Source: an uncultured Pseudomonadota bacterium (GTDB lineage: Bacteria > Pseudomonadota > Alphaproteobacteria > UBA9219). Taken from it: a stretch of DNA of 62,144 bases. Each line of letters opens with the position of its first letter. The first letter of the stretch is position 1. Where the stretch lies: NCBI GenBank assembly GCA_903920205.1, contig CAIXLI010000074.1, positions 1 to 62,144 on the forward strand. The letters are read 5' to 3'. The notes under the pieces are model-generated. The model was not told the origin of the DNA. It ran no database searches and saw nothing but the letters and a program-made list of their open reading frames with translations. The translations under genes were made by a program, and so were the position numbers. Below are positions 56,911 to 62,144 of the stretch, one piece after another.

Positions 56911-57963
56911 TTAGGTTCCCGAAAATGTGGGACGCAAGAGCTGGGATAGGCGAGCAAAGTTTTCGAACCCCGCTTTGGCGATCATGAAAGACACGCGCAG
57001 GGATTCGATCGCGGCAAGCGTTCGTTCGCGCACGGCGGGATTGTCGACTTTCTCGATCCACCGAGTCACGTCGCGCCACAGAGCATCATCGATCTGAAGG
57101 TTGCCCTTGACGATGCGGTTGAGCAGGCGATCCAACAGCAGGTTCCACGATGGATACCACGAAGACGAACAGTGATTGAAGAACCCAAGCGGCAGTTGCG
57201 GTGGCAACACGCCTTTATTGATCAGGTGTTCGACCGAGTCGAAAGTGCGCGCCCAGCTATCGGCACTGCCATCCTGCTCCCATCGATCTTTATTGACGGT
57301 TTGGCTGCGAATAAAGGTCAAAAAAACAGGCTTATCAATGAACAGCATTCGTTCGTTGTGAAAAGTCTCGAGATAGAGTCCCGCTTGCATAAATCCATGG
57401 GCTTGATGGGGCAAAAAATCCGCCCCCTTCATGGGCGCGGTCTTCGCTATAACCATGCCTAGATTTCCAAATGTCCAAAGCCATCCGTGCCTGTAAACAA
57501 AATCTTTGACGTTACAAACGCTCGTATCGACTGGATGCCCGCATGCGCCTTGCAGAAAAACAGCTTTTTCGGGCGCGCCTTCGTAACGATAATTGACGAC
57601 AAAAACGGAAACGTTGCGATTGGATTCGATCGCGTTCAGCATGATCGACAGGCCTCCTGGCAAAATGACCTCGTCATCGCCGATCATATAAATATATTCG
57701 CCCTCGCTTTGTCTTACGCATTCAATGAAATTGGCTTGCATGCCAAGATTGGTTTTGTGTCGCGCATAATGGATCGTGGCGTTGTCGCTCTGGATCTTTT
57801 CAACGACGGCGGTCGTGTCGTCTTCCGATGCGTTGTCAAGAACACGAACCTCGACCGTTCCCTTAGGGATTCTTTTTAGCTCACTCACAAGGCTTGCCAG
57901 AAGATTGCCGAGATCGCCCGCACGGTTGTAGGTCGGAATGGCTATGGTCAGAAGAGGCTTCAT
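56911..57963 (-). CDS. Glycosyltransferase family 2
   Basis: LTIAIPTYNRAGDL...LDNASEDDT...IGDDE (DxD). Confidence 0.8.
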   Translation of the reverse strand: MKPLLTIAIPTYNRAGDLGNLLASLVSELKRIPKGTVEVRVLDNASEDDTTAVVEKIQSDNATIHYARHKTNLGMQANFIECVRQSEGEYIYMIGDDEVILPGGLSIMLNAIESNRNVSVFVVNYRYEGAPEKAVFLQGACGHPVDTSVCNVKDFVYRHGWLWTFGNLGMVIAKTAPMKGADFLPHQAHGFMQAGLYLETFHNERMLFIDKPVFLTFIRSQTVNKDRWEQDGSADSWARTFDSVEHLINKGVLPPQLPLGFFNHCSSSWYPSWNLLLDRLLNRIVKGNLQIDDALWRDVTRWIEKVDNPAVRERTLAAIESLRVSFMIAKAGFENFARLSQLLRPTFSGT

Positions 57964-58105
57964 GGAATGCTCTTTTATTATTGGCAGGACATTCCTGATT
58001 TATAGAAAGCGGCTTGCGTTAGCAAGCGCTGGAACGACTTAAGCGCCTTGATTGCTGCGCGCACTTGTTTTATTGCTAGTTTTCCTCACATGATGGAGCT
58101 TTCTT

Positions 58106-59434
58106 ATGCCCGCCCAGTCTTCCGAGTCTCTGCGCCAACAAATCCTGGATCTAAGCGAAGATTATTATCGGGCTGCCTTTACGCAGGATTTTGTTCCCGG
58201 ACAGACGTTCATCCCCCATGCTGGCAAAGTCGTGGATGCATCGGAACTGCGGAATTTGATGGAAGCGTCGCTCGACATGTGGCTAACGTCGGGGCGTTTT
58301 ACGCAGAAATTCGAATCCCTTTTGGGCCAGCGTCTCGGGTTCCGCCATGTGCGCATGACTGTTTCGGGTTCGGCGGCCAATCTGCTGGCTTTCACCAGCC
58401 TGACGTCCTGGAAGCTCAAGGACAAGCGCGTCGCCCCCGGCAGCGAAGTTATCACGGTGGCAGCAGGGTTTCCCACGACGGTCGCGCCAATCGTGCAGAA
58501 CGGCTGTGTACCCGTTTTTGTCGATATCGACCTCGCCACCACCAACGTCATCGTCGACCGCATCGCCGAAGCGATAACCCCCAAAACGCGTGCGATCATG
58601 ATCGCGCACTCTCTCGGTAATCCTTTCGAGGTAGACCGCGTTGCTGCGTTGTGCAAGGAACACAATCTCTATCTTGTCGAAGATTGCTGCGATGCCTTCG
58701 GCTCGACCTTCAAGGGCCAAGCGGTCGGCACGTTTGGGGACATGGCTTCGCTCAGCTTCTATCCCGCGCATCACATTACGACGGGCGAAGGCGGCGCCAT
58801 TCTCACCAACAACCAAGCTCTTGCCATTTACGCCGAATCTTTCCGCGATTGGGGACGTGATTGCTGGTGCAATACCGGCACGTCGAACACCTGCAAAAAA
58901 CGTTTCGATTGGAAGCTAGGCGACCTGCCTCACGGCTATGACCACAAGTTCATATACTCGCATGTCGGCTACAATCTAAAGGCGACGGACATGCAGGCGG
59001 CGCTTGGCGTCAGCCAGATGGCCAAGGTTGACGGCTTTATCGCCAAGCGGAAGGAAAATTTCGCGCACATGCATCGCATGTTCAGAGAGGAAAAACTCGA
59101 CGAGCATTTCATGCTACCGGAAGCGACGCCGGGCAGCGACCCCAGCTGGTTCGGGTTTATGCTGATCATTCGTGAGGGAAGCTCGCTAAAACGCCGCGAT
59201 GTTGTGGCGTGGCTGGAAGACCACAAGGTCGGCACAAGGCTTTTATTCGGCGGCAACCTGTCCAAGCAGCCAGCCTTCCAGAGGGTCGAACACCGTATCG
59301 TCGGGGACCTGACAAACACCGACAAGGTCATGAACGACGGATTCTGGGTCGGTGTGTGGCCCGGCATCGACGAGCCCCGCCGCGTTTACATGGTCGAGAT
59401 GTTCAAGCAGATGATCAAGGAAATGTTGCCTTAA
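58106..59434 (+). CDS. rfbH: RfbH/DdhC-type CDP-4-keto-6-deoxyglucose 3-dehydrase (DegT/DnrJ/EryC1 family)
   Basis: 442 aa. SLDMWLTSGRF, VSGSAANLLAF, EDCCDAFGS. HHITTGEGG has His in place of the aminotransferase Lys, as I recall for E1 dehydrases. Confidence 0.75.
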   Translation: MPAQSSESLRQQILDLSEDYYRAAFTQDFVPGQTFIPHAGKVVDASELRNLMEASLDMWLTSGRFTQKFESLLGQRLGFRHVRMTVSGSAANLLAFTSLTSWKLKDKRVAPGSEVITVAAGFPTTVAPIVQNGCVPVFVDIDLATTNVIVDRIAEAITPKTRAIMIAHSLGNPFEVDRVAALCKEHNLYLVEDCCDAFGSTFKGQAVGTFGDMASLSFYPAHHITTGEGGAILTNNQALAIYAESFRDWGRDCWCNTGTSNTCKKRFDWKLGDLPHGYDHKFIYSHVGYNLKATDMQAALGVSQMAKVDGFIAKRKENFAHMHRMFREEKLDEHFMLPEATPGSDPSWFGFMLIIREGSSLKRRDVVAWLEDHKVGTRLLFGGNLSKQPAFQRVEHRIVGDLTNTDKVMNDGFWVGVWPGIDEPRRVYMVEMFKQMIKEMLP

Positions 59435-60324
59435 GACGTGGAACCTAAAAGCTCCTTTAGCCCTGCCCGCAGATTGATCTTCGTTTCCCAACCGGGAAGG
59501 GTTTCCCCTTGGCTCCACGGAGTCATGAATTCGCGGCCATGATAGGGCCTCTTGCCCCAGTCGATAAACGCCGGTCGCGGATTTGTTTCGTTGAAAAGAG
59601 CGACAAACGCCCTAACGGTCAAAGGCTTATCGGAGCGGACGGCAAAGGTCCGGTGCTGACCTTCGGGCATATCCCTGAGTAGGACCAAAGCGCGATCATA
59701 GGCACGAACGACATCATCGACATGGACATAGTCGACATATTGCTCGCCGAGCGACATGCCAAGAGGTTCGCCCTTGCGCGCCGTTTCGCGCAGCAGTTGG
59801 ATAAGTTTGGATCTTGGATCGTCCGGGCCGTAGGTGTCGCTTAATTCAAGGGTGATGGCGCGGCTTAAGGCCCCCGATTCCATAAAATAGGCCAGAATGT
59901 CGGAGGCTGATTGCTTGGTCGCCGCAAAAAAGTCGTGCGGCGAATAGGCAGCGTTGCCGCAATGCTGGAAAATGGTGCCTGTGCCGATGAAATGGCGGCA
60001 CTCAGCCTTGGCCATGGCGTCAAGCAAAAACGCCGGAAGGCGTATATTGCTTTCGATCATGGCATCGATATTTTCTAGCGGACGCAAGCCTAGATAACTT
60101 GCGGCAAGATGCACGACGCAATCGGGACGGAACGATGAGACAAGCGGCGCTAGAGTTTGGGCCGACCCGTCCCACACCAGATGTTCGGGCGCGGGCAAGA
60201 TTTCTTTTAGTCTTTCCGTCCTGGCACCAGGGCGAAGCAAGACTCCGACTTTATGTTGCGGCGCCCAATAACGGACAAGATGAGCGCCAATAAACCCCGA
60301 GGCCCCTGTAACAAGAATATGCAT
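59431..60324 (-). CDS. NAD-dependent sugar epimerase/reductase (SDR, extended)
   Basis: MHILVTGASGFIGAHL Rossmann motif and a YxxxK-like YFAATKQS. Confidence 0.8.
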   Translation of the reverse strand: MHILVTGASGFIGAHLVRYWAPQHKVGVLLRPGARTERLKEILPAPEHLVWDGSAQTLAPLVSSFRPDCVVHLAASYLGLRPLENIDAMIESNIRLPAFLLDAMAKAECRHFIGTGTIFQHCGNAAYSPHDFFAATKQSASDILAYFMESGALSRAITLELSDTYGPDDPRSKLIQLLRETARKGEPLGMSLGEQYVDYVHVDDVVRAYDRALVLLRDMPEGQHRTFAVRSDKPLTVRAFVALFNETNPRPAFIDWGKRPYHGREFMTPWSQGETLPGWETKINLRAGLKELLGSTS

Positions 60325-60333
60325 GAAAGCCGC

Positions 60334-61044
60334 TTAGAATTTGGTTGAAGGGATATGTTCCAGCTTCGTATGGGACAAACGGATATACTGGGCCAACATA
60401 TGCGCCAAAGTATCATGGCAGTTTTCGACAATGCCGTAATTTCCTGCGTCGACGTGCAACGATATATCGGCCAGAACGCGACTCCGGCCTCCTTCGAAGC
60501 CCGTCATGGCAATAGTGCGAAGCCCGTTGGCCTTGGCCCACTGCAACGCGCGAACGATGTTTTCGGAATTGCCGGACGAAGAGATGGTCAAAAGCACATC
60601 GCCTTTACTGGCCATGGACCGCAGGGGATAAACAAAAACGTCGTCGTACGTGCCGTCATTGGCGATGGCAAGAAGCAGTTCAAAATTAGCGGGAAGCGAC
60701 ACGACTTTCGGCAAAAGGTCGGTGCCGGTTTGAACGCCTTTCAGGAAATCGCAATGCAGATGATTGGCGACCGCCGCCGATCCGCCGTTGCCGCAGACGA
60801 ATATGGTGTTGCGGTTACGGATCGCGTCGGTCAGGCAATCGGTCGCCTGTGTCATCTGAAAGAGATCAAGGCTGTCCATCGCCGTCCGCCACAAATCCGC
60901 ATAATCTTTGCAGAAGGATCCAATAGATTCATACGGTCTGACGGGAAAATTATAGGAATCGGAGAATACCACGCTGTTTTCCGATTCAGGGCAGCAAAGT
61001 GTACTGGATTTCGGGCTCATAGGCGACCTCGTTTCAGCGGCCAA
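60334..61044 (-). CDS. SIS-domain sugar-phosphate isomerase (GmhA-like)
   Basis: FVCGNGGSAAVANHLHCDF and LLTISSSGNSENI. Confidence 0.75.
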   Translation of the reverse strand: MAAETRSPMSPKSSTLCCPESENSVVFSDSYNFPVRPYESIGSFCKDYADLWRTAMDSLDLFQMTQATDCLTDAIRNRNTIFVCGNGGSAAVANHLHCDFLKGVQTGTDLLPKVVSLPANFELLLAIANDGTYDDVFVYPLRSMASKGDVLLTISSSGNSENIVRALQWAKANGLRTIAMTGFEGGRSRVLADISLHVDAGNYGIVENCHDTLAHMLAQYIRLSHTKLEHIPSTKF

Positions 61045-61582
61045 GATGATAGGCGGGATCGTAATCGGGGTAAACGCGGTCCTTGTTCGACATCACCGCT
61101 GGTTCATGCGGCCACTCGATTCCAAGAAGAGGATCGTTCCAGCGCAAGCCTCGTTCTCTGGCGGGGTCGTAATAGTTCGTCACCATGTACAAAAGCTCTG
61201 TATTGGGCTCCAGAGTCATCATGCCGTTGGCGAAGCCGCGGGGCACATAAACGCCGTTGCCCTTTTCTGCGGATAGCGAAAAAACATGGTGCTGCAAGAA
61301 AGTCGGCGAATCCGGACGCACATCGACGATCACATTGTAAGTGCGCCCACGCAAGCAACGGACATATTTGTTCTCCGCGCTTTCTCCGATCTGGTAATGC
61401 ATGCCGCGCAAGGTGTATGGCTGCGCGCTCAACGACATATTCGACTGCACAAAGGGCCCCACAGCCCCCTGCCCCGCAAATTCTTTTTCACAATAGATGC
61501 GCGCGAAGAAACCGCGCTCGTCTTCCCGCTTGTCGATCTCGACAAGAAACGCGCCGTGAAGGGGAAGAGATTGGAATCTCAT
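61034..61582 (-). CDS. dTDP/CDP-4-dehydro-6-deoxysugar 3,5-epimerase (RmlC-like cupin)
   Basis: Start at the internal MRFQSLPLHGAFLVEIDKREDERGFF. LRGMHYQ and KYVRCLRGRTYNVIVD blocks. Confidence 0.8.
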   Translation of the reverse strand: MRFQSLPLHGAFLVEIDKREDERGFFARIYCEKEFAGQGAVGPFVQSNMSLSAQPYTLRGMHYQIGESAENKYVRCLRGRTYNVIVDVRPDSPTFLQHHVFSLSAEKGNGVYVPRGFANGMMTLEPNTELLYMVTNYYDPARERGLRWNDPLLGIEWPHEPAVMSNKDRVYPDYDPAYHLGR

Positions 61583-62011
61583 AAGGGGGAGCTTTCGGCG
61601 GAAGTGTATTTCTGTTCTGTCATATGGCCCCATACCAATCAAGAAGATTTTCCTTGTGCAGCATTTATCGCTTGCCAACGTTCGCGTCGAAACTGAATTG
61701 GCGACGATTCACGCAGCAAGAGCGACACGAACGACAAAATCTAGATTCGTCACGACTCCTATTTCAAACTGATTTCGCCGTCAACCCGGAACCAATGGGT
61801 GGATATCGACACGTGCACTCGTGAACTTCTTCTCTCTTTGACCAGCCTCGATCTTTACGTCAAAGATGTCCTGAACGTCAAAGTATTGATCTATACGCTG
61901 GATCAGCATCTGGAGAGCTTTTCATGCTTAACAAGTTTTTTCCCGAACATTGATTTCGAATTCATTGCTGTAGACACAGCCTTTCCGATCCCTTTTCAGG
62001 ATTACCCCGGC

Positions 62012-62057
62012 GGCCACCCAAAGTGCTCCACTTGTGGCCACCTGAAAGTGCTCCACT
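62012..62057 (+). repeat. Tandem direct repeat GGCCACC(C/T)(-/G)AAAGTGCTCCACT x2, possible terminal repeats of an insertion sequence
   Basis: GGCCACCCAAAGTGCTCCACT (62012-62032) and GGCCACCTGAAAGTGCTCCACT (62036-62057), about 70 nt upstream of an RBS plus ATG at the window edge. Confidence 0.6.
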
Positions 62058-62124
62058 AAAATCCTAGAAATCCAGGACGGCAGCAGACGTTAATCTGACC
62101 CCTCAACATGTGAGGGAGAAAAGG

Positions 62125-62144
62125 ATGAACGTCTTGAAGCCATA
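62125..62144 (+). CDS. 5' end of an unidentified gene (MNVLKP...), cut by the window edge
   Basis: GGGAGAAAAGG then ATG at 62125. Only 6 codons are visible. Confidence 0.3.

Noticed and set aside
60355-61584. 409-aa plus-strand ORF
   Set aside because: It is antisense to the SIS-isomerase and RmlC-like genes. It is Arg-rich and motif-free.
61799-62059. 86-aa plus-strand ORF near the right edge
   Set aside because: Its C-terminus (GGHPKCSTCGHLKVLH) is just the translation of the tandem DNA repeat. It has no RBS and an odd composition.
1-62144. Search for CRISPR arrays, rRNA genes, RNase P, SRP or tmRNA signatures, and additional tRNAs
   Set aside because: I saw no regularly spaced repeat arrays and no rRNA-like or conserved ncRNA core sequences by eye. 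Only the two tRNAs listed carry T-arm GTTCGA(A/T)TC motifs in a cloverleaf context. A covariance-model scan would be needed to be certain.

Overview
GC-rich chromosomal window with clear alphaproteobacterial markers: chvI-chvG, a PopZ-like protein, olsBA, a mraZ-rsmH-ftsL-ftsI-murE-murF-mraY block, and nrtR-nadABC. It is mostly housekeeping, with several visibly AT-richer insertions. I call about 60 protein genes, 2 tRNAs (Cys-GCA, Thr-UGU), one truncated IS3-family remnant and a possible IS end at the right edge. I saw no rRNA and no CRISPR array.

The best candidate for an undescribed system is a tight minus-strand operon at 11.8-15.2 kb. It encodes a J-domain/pseudokinase fusion, a vWA (MIDAS) protein and a divergent adenylosuccinate-synthetase paralog. 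A Crp-family regulator is transcribed divergently from it, and a perfect TGTGA-N6-TCACA box lies in the shared intergenic region.

Other points worth a second look:
- An Abi_2/HEPN abortive-infection-like gene sits 6 nt from the thrS stop, apparently between thrS and the nearest terminator.
- Two BrnT/BrnA toxin-antitoxin pairs are present.
- Two AT-rich orphan genes interrupt or abut the dcw cluster, which ends after mraY.
- A 690-bp non-coding region upstream of mraZ carries 10-bp-phased TGGGA repeats and G/C-run tracts.
- A 31-bp perfect palindrome lies in front of nadA.
- A chorismatase-like gene is followed by two 2OG-oxygenase-like genes and a tautomerase.
- Several genes look like pseudoenzymes.
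- tRNA-Cys is followed by an IS remnant and low-GC glycosyltransferase genes, which looks like an island edge.

All family assignments come from reading motifs in the supplied translations. No database search was run.
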